From the sequence record MK295205: a DNA stretch of 64,000 nucleotides; one strand, written 5' to 3'. The notes beneath the pieces were generated by a model. That model ran no database searches. It was not told the origin of the DNA and saw only the letters and a program-made list of their open reading frames with translations. Below, one piece after another: positions 18,105-27,166 of this stretch. The stretch comes from Shigella phage vB_SflM_004. Position numbers and translations under genes: made by a program. Position 1 is the stretch's first letter. Each line of letters starts with the position of its first letter.

Positions 18105-19244
18105 TTAGATTTCACGTTTACGTTGAGAGATAAGTTCACCAGCAGTACCAACGATGACATGCAAAGCTTCAGTCTTACCATCCCACGCTTTCAGCACTTT
18201 ACGCTGATTATCAACGATTGCTGCAACTTCATAGCGAGAGGAACGCATCTTCATATCATTGTAATCAGTTGGTACAGATACAACATCTCGTGGATGGACA
18301 CGAACCTTCAGGATGGTATCACCTGAGAAGCAACGAACATAATCCCAAGCACCAACATGAAGACCTTGAGAGCAAGTTACGTTACGGTTGTTATCAACCA
18401 TCCAACGTGGCATCTCTACAATGTTACCCAAATCATTAGGCACTTTGTAGGTGTGAGAGTCAACCAGCTTGCCTTCACGAGTAGAGACTTTCTTCCAACC
18501 AATGATGTAGCCTTCTTCATCAATTTCAACATCAAGGTGAGATACAAAGCCCCAAAGTTGTTCTACAGAATCTTTAGATGGGTTTTCCATCAGTTTTTCG
18601 AAGAACATTACAAGTCGTTCAAAACCTTTATCGCCAGTCTTCATCATGTGAAGAATACGGTCAACCAGAGTAGAACGCATCTCAACAGCACCGTAGAAGA
18701 GCTTATCGCCTTTGATTGTGATAGCACCCTGAGTGAAGTTTTCGATAGACTTACGAATGTTCATTAGTTCAAATGCTTTCTTGAACTCACCTTTCACAAC
18801 ATGAACTACAATTTCTTGATAGTTCGGATGAGTAGACTCAACAATTTCAGATTCTGAACCGTAAGTCATAATTACAGAGTCACCAGTAATCATGTACTCA
18901 ATCTTGTCATCTTTCTGCATAGCTTCATGCAGTTTATTTACTGGAGCTTTCTGTACAGCATCTTTAACGGCCTTTTCAACTGGTTTCTGCTTAGATACTT
19001 TCTTGGTCGCGCCAGCTTTCTTAGCACTTTTAACTGACTTAGCAACTTGCTTTAAGGTCTTCTTAGCTGGTGTAGAAGTCACCTTCTTCTTACCTTTTAA
19101 GGTTGCTTCATGACGCTCTACAGCACGACCAACTGAACGGGTTGAAGTATTGAACTTCTGTGCAATAGCTGTTTTAGTCAGCTTACCCTCTTTAACCAGT
19201 TCGTAAATTTCTGCGTCAATCTGTGCTTTAGTTTTAGTAGTCAT
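18105..19244 (-). CDS. rIIB: rIIB-like protein
   Basis: 379 aa; directly downstream of rIIA in T4 order; motifs recalled from T4 rIIB (GDKLFYG...LVDRIL, KVHPRDVVS.P.DYND.KMR); not alignment-verified. Confidence 0.65.
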   Translation of the reverse strand: MTTKTKAQIDAEIYELVKEGKLTKTAIAQKFNTSTRSVGRAVERHEATLKGKKKVTSTPAKKTLKQVAKSVKSAKKAGATKKVSKQKPVEKAVKDAVQKAPVNKLHEAMQKDDKIEYMITGDSVIMTYGSESEIVESTHPNYQEIVVHVVKGEFKKAFELMNIRKSIENFTQGAITIKGDKLFYGAVEMRSTLVDRILHMMKTGDKGFERLVMFFEKLMENPSKDSVEQLWGFVSHLDVEIDEEGYIIGWKKVSTREGKLVDSHTYKVPNDLGNIVEMPRWMVDNNRNVTCSQGLHVGAWDYVRCFSGDTILKVRVHPRDVVSVPTDYNDMKMRSSRYEVAAIVDNQRKVLKAWDGKTEALHVIVGTAGELISQRKREI

Positions 19245-19323
19245 CTTATTACTCTCTCTTGTTAGTTAATAAATCATTTTGTAAGGCTATTCTAAGGGGC
19301 TTTGAAGCCCCTTGTCAAACACC

Positions 19324-21696
19324 TTAATCGTAAATTGTAGTCCCTTCTGGAACACACTTCACATCAAAGCCTAAGAACTTACTCACTTCGATGGGTGACA
19401 CTTTATTCCAATCTAAATGAGAAAGCAAGAAGTTTTCTTGTTTTCTTTTTGAAAGGTAGTTTGTCACCTTAATGACCATGCGGTCACCAGCTTTCTTAAT
19501 TTTCTTGTACAGCTTTGTATCGTTGTCAAGACAACTTTTCAAATCTTGCAACACGCTAATAGTGTAAGTGTATGCAAACGGTGCAGCAACGTATTGGATT
19601 TTACCAAACATTGCCTCAACAGCGTCTTCATTGCCTTCTAAGAAGATAGTTTTGTTTGTGTCTCGTGAATAGCAATAGCCACGAGAAATCTTCCTGTTAT
19701 TGAACGTAAAGTTTCTGGCAATAATCCAACTGCTTGTGAGGTCAAGGACACCATTCATATAGATACGTGTCATATATCTGTTATGATTAATCCAGTGAAC
19801 ATCAGTTAAGCTGTCGTTCAAGAGCTTCTCATCTACTTCAATCCAATCTTCTGGTATCTTTTTCCAATTTGCTTTTCGGAAAACATAGACTGTCTTCCCT
19901 GTAACATTAGCAACTGACTTAGCTACATCTTCTGGAGATGAGCAAAAACATTCGCCATCAACTGTGTCGCCGACTGCCTTAATGTAAAGCTGAGGTTCTT
20001 CAATTGTGTCTAAGTCTTCTGACACCTCTTTATAGGAAGCTACACCTTCTGCTGGACACTTGACAGCTTTCCAGAGTTTTACAACACCTCTTACAGCTTC
20101 TTTACGCTGATAATGGTGTTCCTTCTCAGACATCTTCACAATCTTTAACAAGCTTTTATCAAGTTTGTGTAGATTGATTAAGTCGTCTAGCTCTTTTTCA
20201 GTCGAGAATACAAAGACAATACCATTGTATCTGTGAAACAGATTCGACTCACTGGCATAGTCTCGACATGCACCACGCAAGATTTGATTGCGCCCTACAG
20301 TCTTCTCAGTACCGTTTTTATTGCGACGGTCATTTATAACAAACAAAAACTGTTCAATTTGGCTTTTACGCATTGCGCCAAAGATATTGAACATACTTGC
20401 CTCTTGAGTGTAGGAAAGCGATGTTGCACGAATCTTACTCTCTAAAGAGTTGAACTTGACATAAGCAACTGGGTCATAAAGATAATCTACTTTAGGGATA
20501 TTGTTCCCGTTCCTATCAACCTTAATATTACCTTTACCGTCACGTTCGTAAATGACTGAGCCGTCTTCTGCGTAGATAATTCCACGACGAATGTTTAGTA
20601 ATTCTTCTTCCAGAGAATCAAGCTTAACACCTCCCCACTCTAGCTTTGGACACACAACATTAAACATCTCTCGTGAGTTCAAGCGTAACTCAGCATAAGC
20701 CTGTGCAGCATCCATGAGTGTAGGTTGACTATTAACTTTCTTGATGACATCCTTTGTAATTGCTTCAGTTATCTTTTTAGTAGCCTCGATGATAACATTT
20801 TTTGTCGTGTCATTCATCTGCAATGCTTCACGGGAAGCTGCAATAGCAACTGAACCAATAGGCATGTAGATGTTTACAAGGTCTATGCTCCTGCGGAAAA
20901 ATTCTGGTAATACTTTGAAGAAATCATCACCAAGTAATGCCTCCATATTAACTGGGTAGGCAATATTACCCATAACCACGTTAAACTCTGTTCTATTGCT
21001 GCTTGAACGCCAGCTATGCTTATGAGTCATGGCATCATAGACACCTTCTTCACGAGCAATCACATCCATATCTGCTAATATATCATTATACTCCACATTA
21101 CTCTCTGGTTTTACAGCAAAGTATGAGTATACATTACCAGCCTCTTCAAAGAACTTTGAAATACGGTGGTCAGCAACTGCCACGCGTACAGCTAAACCAT
21201 TAGGTTCTTTTGTTGGGTTAGTGGTCAGCTTAGTTACTTGAGGGATACCATTCTCAAGATAAACAGAGTACTTATTAACAACACCGTCAACATAGCTAGA
21301 CACTGTGAATGACTGAGCAATTGCAAATGGTGATTTTGAGCCGATACCCATTGCACCAATGTAGTCATTAGAGTCATTCTTCGTAGAAGCCCCATAGTTT
21401 AGGTACAAACTCATAACTTTATCATGAGTCAATCCAGTTCCAAAATCACGAACTTCAAAGTAAGGCTCAAAACGAGTAGGTAAATGCACATGGAACGGGA
21501 TGTTCTCTTTTCCAGCCTCTTTCTGAGCATCTACTGCGTTACATGACAGTTCACGAATCACTGCCCTTTCTTTAAAGGTATATACACCAGAACTCAAAAG
21601 GCTGAACATTTCAGGTGTCATTGTAATCTGTGCTTGAGACGTCTCTAAAGAAGTTGAACTCTTAATCACTTCTGCGTGGTCGTTTACCATGCGCAT
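19324..21696 (-). CDS. rIIA: rIIA-like protein with N-terminal GHKL-type ATPase domain
   Basis: 790 aa; RELSCNAVDA, VRDFGTGL, GIGSKSPF motifs (HATPase_c-like); ASREALQMND; strong RBS. Confidence 0.8.
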   Translation of the reverse strand: MRMVNDHAEVIKSSTSLETSQAQITMTPEMFSLLSSGVYTFKERAVIRELSCNAVDAQKEAGKENIPFHVHLPTRFEPYFEVRDFGTGLTHDKVMSLYLNYGASTKNDSNDYIGAMGIGSKSPFAIAQSFTVSSYVDGVVNKYSVYLENGIPQVTKLTTNPTKEPNGLAVRVAVADHRISKFFEEAGNVYSYFAVKPESNVEYNDILADMDVIAREEGVYDAMTHKHSWRSSSNRTEFNVVMGNIAYPVNMEALLGDDFFKVLPEFFRRSIDLVNIYMPIGSVAIAASREALQMNDTTKNVIIEATKKITEAITKDVIKKVNSQPTLMDAAQAYAELRLNSREMFNVVCPKLEWGGVKLDSLEEELLNIRRGIIYAEDGSVIYERDGKGNIKVDRNGNNIPKVDYLYDPVAYVKFNSLESKIRATSLSYTQEASMFNIFGAMRKSQIEQFLFVINDRRNKNGTEKTVGRNQILRGACRDYASESNLFHRYNGIVFVFSTEKELDDLINLHKLDKSLLKIVKMSEKEHHYQRKEAVRGVVKLWKAVKCPAEGVASYKEVSEDLDTIEEPQLYIKAVGDTVDGECFCSSPEDVAKSVANVTGKTVYVFRKANWKKIPEDWIEVDEKLLNDSLTDVHWINHNRYMTRIYMNGVLDLTSSWIIARNFTFNNRKISRGYCYSRDTNKTIFLEGNEDAVEAMFGKIQYVAAPFAYTYTISVLQDLKSCLDNDTKLYKKIKKAGDRMVIKVTNYLSKRKQENFLLSHLDWNKVSPIEVSKFLGFDVKCVPEGTTIYD

Positions 21697-21758
21697 AATA
21701 CTTTCCTCTTAGTTGTCGTTGCGGTTCGCTATATAATAGTATAGTTCTTACTGTTAAA

Positions 21759-21938
21759 TTACTTGTTAAACATTTTACCAGAACCACCACACATAGGGCA
21801 ACAATGTCCTGCCCTTATGTACCCCTCTCCATTACAGTAGTCACATTTTTTGTGCTCTGCAAAGTACTTACAAAGGAGGTAAACAAATACTGCTACACTA
21901 CCAAGTGACAGCAAAATTTCTATCCAATATGCTTGCAT
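21759..21938 (-). CDS. small membrane protein with C-terminal zinc ribbon (59 aa, below the ORF-track cutoff)
   Basis: Hand-translated MQAYWIEILLSLGSVAVFVYLLCKYFAEHKKCDYCNGEGYIRAGHCCPMCGGSGKMFNK; GAGGTGA RBS. Confidence 0.35.
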   Translation of the reverse strand: MQAYWIEILLSLGSVAVFVYLLCKYFAEHKKCDYCNGEGYIRAGHCCPMCGGSGKMFNK

Positions 21939-22255
21939 GACTCACCTCTCATATTCTTGTAAAGGATAAAGCTTCTGTCATGGACGATACTTGTAGACAC
22001 TGCAAAGTTACTTTCAAGCATCTGTTTGTTTGGATTGTAGAAGCTCTCTTTAAACTCGTCAAGTGCAAATTGGTGATTGTCTGGAAGACCTTTTACACAG
22101 ACCTTTATTGTGATTGCTGCTGCAATCTTACCAGTCAGTTCTTCTTTAGCTGCTACTAAAATTTTGTTAAGGAACTTATGACCATTTTCAGGCTTCTTAA
22201 TGTTCTCCCAACGCTCTTCTAAGACAATGTTGATATTCATCTCTTTGATTTTCAT
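21920..22255 (-). CDS. hypothetical protein
   Basis: 111-aa ORF. Confidence 0.45.
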   Translation of the reverse strand: MKIKEMNINIVLEERWENIKKPENGHKFLNKILVAAKEELTGKIAAAITIKVCVKGLPDNHQFALDEFKESFYNPNKQMLESNFAVSTSIVHDRSFILYKNMRGESCKHIG

Positions 22256-22467
22256 AATCTGTTAGTGCCTTTGCAGGTTTTACGCCACTCTCTCCGAAGC
22301 TTTCTAATCTGGCGTTTAGTAGGTTTTGCAGGGAACTTATAGTCCATTACAAAGACTTGTCTATCCTCTCTGTAATCTTCTGAAAACCATAACTGCCAAG
22401 ATGCTACACAATATCCACCAAAAAATCCAGTGCTATCTGTATAAAATAAATCTGTATTAAATCTCAT
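22252..22467 (-). CDS. hypothetical protein
   Basis: 71-aa ORF, stop/start-coupled to the downstream gene. Confidence 0.4.
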   Translation of the reverse strand: MRFNTDLFYTDSTGFFGGYCVASWQLWFSEDYREDRQVFVMDYKFPAKPTKRQIRKLRREWRKTCKGTNRL

Positions 22468-22485
22468 AACACTCTCCAGAAATTA

Positions 22486-22506
22486 AAAAGGCTCCCGTAG
22501 GAGCCT
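22486..22506 (-). terminator. rho-independent terminator
   Basis: Minus strand GGCTCCtacgGGAGCC + TTTTT after the NAMPT-like gene. Confidence 0.5.
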
Positions 22507-22520
22507 CTTATCATATACTT

Positions 22521-24335
22521 TTAAAGCTGCTTGTCAATATTATTTCGAATATCACCAAGAGTCGTGTAGCCGAACTGCTCAGAGTCGCTAAAGACTAGAC
22601 GTAAAGCACAAGCTGGATGCTCAAGTGCATCTGCAAAACTCTGGAATCCATAGCCATCTACAGCTTTCAGGTTCTCACCATCCCACATAGGGGCTACACC
22701 ACCAAAAGCAGACTTCTTAATACCACTATCTGTTTTAGGGTCTTTTGCAAGCATAATCTCTTTACCACCAATGCTTGCAAGAGTTGCTTTGACAGCAAAT
22801 GCAAAGGTGTCACGAGTCATGTACTGGTAAGTGTAAGAACCTACACCAAACACTACGTTAGAACTTGCAAAACCCATTTCATACAAACGCTTCAGTATTT
22901 CGTTTGCACGTTCCAACGTGATAGAGTCACCATAAATAAGTCCGATATGCTCATCCAGTACTTTAAAACCTTTAGAGTTGATAGTTCCTCCAAAGATGTT
23001 ATACAGTGTCTTGATAGCTCCATCAATCTCCGCCACAGGACGTGTTACAACGTTTGCAGAACCAACCATATAAGCGTTTTTCAACAGCACTGTATCAGCA
23101 ACTTCAAAGTCTTCTCTGTCAACAACCATTTCGTAGCCTTCTGACAGTAGCCATCCAGCAATACCATAATTGATGTTTTCAAGCTTCATGTTCAGAACAG
23201 CATTCAACATTGTGTCGCTGGCTTCCAGCTTGCTTAAGTGTTCGTAATAAGCCTTTTTAGCACACTCTAAATGGATTGCTTTGTATCCTGTGACAATATG
23301 TACAGGGTCTCCAGAATCAGGACGAATTACCAGTTTGCCATTGCGTTCCATAATCTCTTTACGGAGTTCTGGTAATATAACTGATACAGTTCTCCAGAAG
23401 TTATAAGTATCTGAAACAACACTTGCAATACCAGTTGGGTAAGTTTCTGTTAAGAAACGACGGAAGGTTTGTAACTCACCTTTAAAGCGTCTTTCTTCTA
23501 GCAAGTTGTCAGACTGTAACAGATGCCAATCATCAATCAACTCATTACCACCTTCCCAAGCAATGTTTGCACACATTACAGAATGTTCAGTGGCTGGTAC
23601 AGAACTACCAATATCAGAAATTGGGTAAGCCTGTCCATAGATGCGTTTAGCCGTGTATACAGCAGGGAAGCTATCAGTTCCTTTAAAGCTGGTTAAGTGG
23701 CCTACAGCGTTAAATGCGTCATCAGTAAAGCCAGACATACCACGCATAGCAAAGTCATGGCACTGATAAGGCAAATGTAAGTCGTTGTCACAAGTAAGGT
23801 CAGACCACTTCTTACAGATGCGTTTGTAGTGCAATGCAATAGTTGCAATGGTACAAGCCTTCCAAATCTCAGCAGAGAAAGCATCTTCCAGATACCCAGC
23901 TACCCAGTGGAAACCTGAAACAGTGTTCTGGAAGACAATCATTGGTACACGCATAGGGACAACTGTGCCTTCTTCTACAGCGTATACTTCAACTGGCAGA
24001 TAACCTAAGTCGTGAAGTGCTTCCCAATGCTCTCGACCAATAGCATCTTTACCCAGAACTCCGTTCATGACTTCTAAGATTTCATCAATTGCTTCTTTTT
24101 TGTCACGTTCGAAGAAGGTGGCGTTCCAGTGGTCTATCAGGTAATCTTTAACGAAACGTTGAATACCAAAAGCAACTACACCATCAATTGCTAAGGGGCT
24201 GTTAAACCATTTGTCACTACGTGGTGTCAGGTTCAACATAAGATATTGCGTAGCATCTGGATACTGATATATATGTGATGCCTTGTAAGCATCTGCATTA
24301 AGACCTGCTGGTACTGCGTAAAGTGACTTACTCAT
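22521..24335 (-). CDS. nicotinamide phosphoribosyltransferase family protein (NAMPT-like; candidate nicotinamide-ADPR transferase)
   Basis: 604 aa; NAMPT-type motifs GTDS, HSVM, RPDSGDP, YGDSIT; GAGAGAGA RBS. Confidence 0.85.
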   Translation of the reverse strand: MSKSLYAVPAGLNADAYKASHIYQYPDATQYLMLNLTPRSDKWFNSPLAIDGVVAFGIQRFVKDYLIDHWNATFFERDKKEAIDEILEVMNGVLGKDAIGREHWEALHDLGYLPVEVYAVEEGTVVPMRVPMIVFQNTVSGFHWVAGYLEDAFSAEIWKACTIATIALHYKRICKKWSDLTCDNDLHLPYQCHDFAMRGMSGFTDDAFNAVGHLTSFKGTDSFPAVYTAKRIYGQAYPISDIGSSVPATEHSVMCANIAWEGGNELIDDWHLLQSDNLLEERRFKGELQTFRRFLTETYPTGIASVVSDTYNFWRTVSVILPELRKEIMERNGKLVIRPDSGDPVHIVTGYKAIHLECAKKAYYEHLSKLEASDTMLNAVLNMKLENINYGIAGWLLSEGYEMVVDREDFEVADTVLLKNAYMVGSANVVTRPVAEIDGAIKTLYNIFGGTINSKGFKVLDEHIGLIYGDSITLERANEILKRLYEMGFASSNVVFGVGSYTYQYMTRDTFAFAVKATLASIGGKEIMLAKDPKTDSGIKKSAFGGVAPMWDGENLKAVDGYGFQSFADALEHPACALRLVFSDSEQFGYTTLGDIRNNIDKQL

Positions 24336-24353
24336 ATTTTATCTCTCTCTCTC

Positions 24354-24845
24354 TTAGTTATGTCTTGCAAACTCACCATGAAGTTCTATTCGCTTTTTAA
24401 TTACAGCTTCTTTTGCTTCTTCTACCGTTTTAAATCTTCCACAAAAGTATTCTTTATGGTAAAGCATGACTCTTGCTTTGTAAAGACCTGTTTGTTTACA
24501 AAAACTTACACCCTTCACACCAGTTTTATTATTCTTGTATATACCCCTATTCCTCTGATTTTGTGACTTTGTGCTAAGTCTTAAATTCTCCAACTTATTA
24601 TTAGATTTATCAAGGTCTATGTGGTCTATCTCATATCCACTTGGTATCTCACCTCCAGACATAATCCATGCAATATTATGTGCATAGTACCTCTTCTTAT
24701 TTATCTGGACTTGGATATAACCCTTCTTAGACCTTGTGCCAGCAACATTACCAGCAATAGCGGTATTGCAAAGGGTTACTTTCCAAATTAGTAAACCTGT
24801 CTCCGGTTCGTATATTAGGTATTTTTCGAAGTAACCCTTATCCAT
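24354..24845 (-). CDS. HNH homing endonuclease (HNH + AP2-like DNA-binding domain)
   Basis: 163 aa; YEPETGLLIW N-terminal motif, HIDLDKSNNKLENL HNH core, GVKGVSF...ARV AP2-like; sits between the NAMPT-like and Prs-like genes. Confidence 0.75.
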   Translation of the reverse strand: MDKGYFEKYLIYEPETGLLIWKVTLCNTAIAGNVAGTRSKKGYIQVQINKKRYYAHNIAWIMSGGEIPSGYEIDHIDLDKSNNKLENLRLSTKSQNQRNRGIYKNNKTGVKGVSFCKQTGLYKARVMLYHKEYFCGRFKTVEEAKEAVIKKRIELHGEFARHN

Positions 24846-24853
24846 TTTAATAC

Positions 24854-25735
24854 CTAATCCAAATTTGCTACAGTAACTTGACCATAATGTGTTAAACCAC
24901 GGTCTTTATCTTCCCCTAAAGAGTTTGTAGTGTAGATGTGGTCAATACCATTGTCAAGAAGGTTTTCAACACCTTTAGAAAAGATACCATGTGTTACATA
25001 GAGTTCCACACGTTTTGCACCTGCTTCACGAAGATGTTTAGCTGCTTCTATGAAGGTTCGTCCTCCATCACAAATATCATCCAGAATCATGACGGTTTTA
25101 TCTGTCAAATCAACATCATCAAGGATTCGTATACCAGTAATTTCACCAGTCTTAAGGTTACGTACTTTAGACATTGTGATGTATGGCTTATCCACCTCTT
25201 TAGCAGTCTCTGCAATCTTCTTAGCAGCACCTGCATCTGGGGCTACTAAGTAATCAACCAGTGGGTCATTTGCATAGTGGACTGCAATTTCCTTTTGAGG
25301 AATACTCTGGAAGCAGTTAAACAGGTTATCTGGTACATAACTGTGAGGGTCAACTGCACAGACTGCACCAAACCCCATTGCATTAACCTGTTTAGCAAAA
25401 ACCTTCAAAGCTGCTGCATCACCTTTAAACATGTGACGGTCATATCGTGCATTTGGTAAGTAGTAAAAAATGACAGTCTTTAAGGCATAGTCATGAGGGA
25501 CTAAATCATCAATTGCTTCTTTAGCAAGTGCCACAGCAAACAATGTGTCCTTATCATAACCTTTCACAATCATAATCACATTGTTGATAGATGATGCTGC
25601 ATAAGCAGTAAAATCAACAAGCTCTTGTGAAAAGTGTCCACCAATCTCACCAGAAGGGAATTGAATGATGTTAAACTCTTCTTCATGAGTCCCTTTAGTC
25701 GGTGAATGAACTGTAACACGGATAGATGTTTTCAT
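24854..25735 (-). CDS. ribose-phosphate pyrophosphokinase family protein (Prs-like; candidate ADP-ribose pyrophosphokinase)
   Basis: 293 aa; PRPP-synthetase fold signature including the ILDDICDGGRT loop; GAGAGAGAG RBS. Confidence 0.85.
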   Translation of the reverse strand: MKTSIRVTVHSPTKGTHEEEFNIIQFPSGEIGGHFSQELVDFTAYAASSINNVIMIVKGYDKDTLFAVALAKEAIDDLVPHDYALKTVIFYYLPNARYDRHMFKGDAAALKVFAKQVNAMGFGAVCAVDPHSYVPDNLFNCFQSIPQKEIAVHYANDPLVDYLVAPDAGAAKKIAETAKEVDKPYITMSKVRNLKTGEITGIRILDDVDLTDKTVMILDDICDGGRTFIEAAKHLREAGAKRVELYVTHGIFSKGVENLLDNGIDHIYTTNSLGEDKDRGLTHYGQVTVANLD

Positions 25736-25747
25736 AGTTTCTCTCTC

Positions 25748-26026
25748 TCAATCAAAAGTTACGTTTGTTACTGCCATTGCAGATTTGCATTTTGCAGGGT
25801 CTACAACGTGATAAAGTACACTACAGTTACCTGTGCTGTCTGGTACAGGTTTAACCCATTGTTGCTTGACAGTTGGTTCTCCTAAGTCTTTGTAAGAGCC
25901 ATCTGTAAAATTGTTTACCATCTCAAGTGCAATTGGTTCTGGGACATGACCACGTATCATGTACATTTCACAACCATTACCACCCTCACTGACTAGTGGT
26001 AAAATCTCCCACTTTTCTTTAGCCAT
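25748..26026 (-). CDS. hypothetical protein
   Basis: 92-aa ORF. Confidence 0.45.
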   Translation of the reverse strand: MAKEKWEILPLVSEGGNGCEMYMIRGHVPEPIALEMVNNFTDGSYKDLGEPTVKQQWVKPVPDSTGNCSVLYHVVDPAKCKSAMAVTNVTFD

Positions 26027-26534
26027 TGTAAGTTGCCCTATAAACTGTCTCGAACTTCAACAGGAGAGATATTGCCAAATATGTATAGTTGTTGTCAAGC
26101 ACATCTGGCATATTATTTTTGATATATTTCTCTTGCTCTTCATAGGTCATCTTAGGGGTGCTTAAAAGACTATCGCCTTGCCTCTGGTTATCAAGTTTAG
26201 TCTGGATAAACCAGTTTGCACAGTGATGTTCACCACCTTTTGTAACGGGTTTGTGATGACCTAATGTGAAGGATTGATTACCTGTGTATCTGCAAAGTTT
26301 ATTGAGAACTGTAATAGTGTTCTTCACAACAAAACATTCATACAGGTTGTCTATAGTGTAGTGTGGGTAATAGCGGAATAGTGCTCTTTCACGAGTACTA
26401 TCACGATTCCAGAGAATCATGTGATTAGAGTTAGAAGGGTCGTATTGGTGGGAGTCGATGAACTCTTGACGTTCCTCAAAGCTGAGTCTTAGAACTGACA
26501 TTGCAACCGAACGTTTCAGGTTTGACAGATACAT
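26019..26534 (-). CDS. HNH endonuclease domain protein
   Basis: 171 aa; LGHHKPVTKGGEHHCANWFIQTKLDN matches the HNH His-Me finger pattern; GGAG RBS. Confidence 0.6.
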   Translation of the reverse strand: MYLSNLKRSVAMSVLRLSFEERQEFIDSHQYDPSNSNHMILWNRDSTRERALFRYYPHYTIDNLYECFVVKNTITVLNKLCRYTGNQSFTLGHHKPVTKGGEHHCANWFIQTKLDNQRQGDSLLSTPKMTYEEQEKYIKNNMPDVLDNNYTYLAISLLLKFETVYRATYNG

Positions 26535-26585
26535 TTTATCTCCAAAATAAAAAGGGAACCTTTACAGTCCCCTTATAGTATCTGT

Positions 26586-26906
26586 TTACTGAGCTACTTT
26601 CAAGATGCTTGTGAATGAGATTTCACTCTCATCCATAAACTCTTTTGCTTCTCCAGTAACTTTTACAAAGTTATCTAGGCAGATAATCTTCTTATCTTTC
26701 TTGCTGTAGGTTAACTTAACCTTTTCAATATCTTTCTTAGGGCTTACCTCTTCATTGAAGAGTTTTACAGCCTCTTTGAATGGTAGATATGAGCCGTCAT
26801 TGTCACTGATGAATCCTGTACCACAGTAGTAGTAGTTATACTCTTTAGCCATAAACTGGCACAGTACGAAAATCTGTAATTTACGAGTGTTATAAACTTT
26901 GCTCAT
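26586..26906 (-). CDS. hypothetical protein
   Basis: 106-aa ORF with GAAGG RBS. Confidence 0.45.
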   Translation of the reverse strand: MSKVYNTRKLQIFVLCQFMAKEYNYYYCGTGFISDNDGSYLPFKEAVKLFNEEVSPKKDIEKVKLTYSKKDKKIICLDNFVKVTGEAKEFMDESEISFTSILKVAQ

Positions 26907-26908
26907 GA

Positions 26909-27166
26909 TTATTTAGCCTTCTTGTTACGTTTACGGTTACGAGCTTTCTTAGCTGCCCGTTTAATAGCTGCTGCACCAGTTGGTCGATGCGCTTGTTTTT
27001 TACCACCTTTGCCACGGCCTACATAGATACTTTTCATAATCTCATTAGCCAGCTTCTCATCCATCTTGAAGTTTTGCATGAGATGAGTCACATCAACACC
27101 AGTGAGCATACCTAGTGATGCCAGTGCTGCTTTTACTTTTGATTTAAAACTGTTCCAGAGTCCCAT
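26909..27166 (-). CDS. hypothetical protein with strongly basic C-terminal tail
   Basis: 85 aa; tail AAAIKRAAKKARNRKRNKKAK. Confidence 0.4.
   Translation of the reverse strand: MGLWNSFKSKVKAALASLGMLTGVDVTHLMQNFKMDEKLANEIMKSIYVGRGKGGKKQAHRPTGAAAIKRAAKKARNRKRNKKAK

Noticed and set aside
22617-23144. Plus-strand ORFs lying entirely inside long minus-strand genes (for example 22617-23144 inside the NAMPT-like gene, 18357-18767 inside rIIB, 33864-34070 inside nrdA, 45396-45818 and 46674-47069 antisense to the polymerase)
   Set aside because: Antisense shadow ORFs with no RBS, low-complexity or Cys/His-biased translations, fully overlapped by well-supported genes.
22521-25735. Canonical NAMPT plus NMNAT NAD+ salvage pair
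   Set aside because: No NMN adenylyltransferase-like ORF (H/TxGH motif) or Nudix domain was found in the window; the partner of the NAMPT-like gene is a Prs-family protein.
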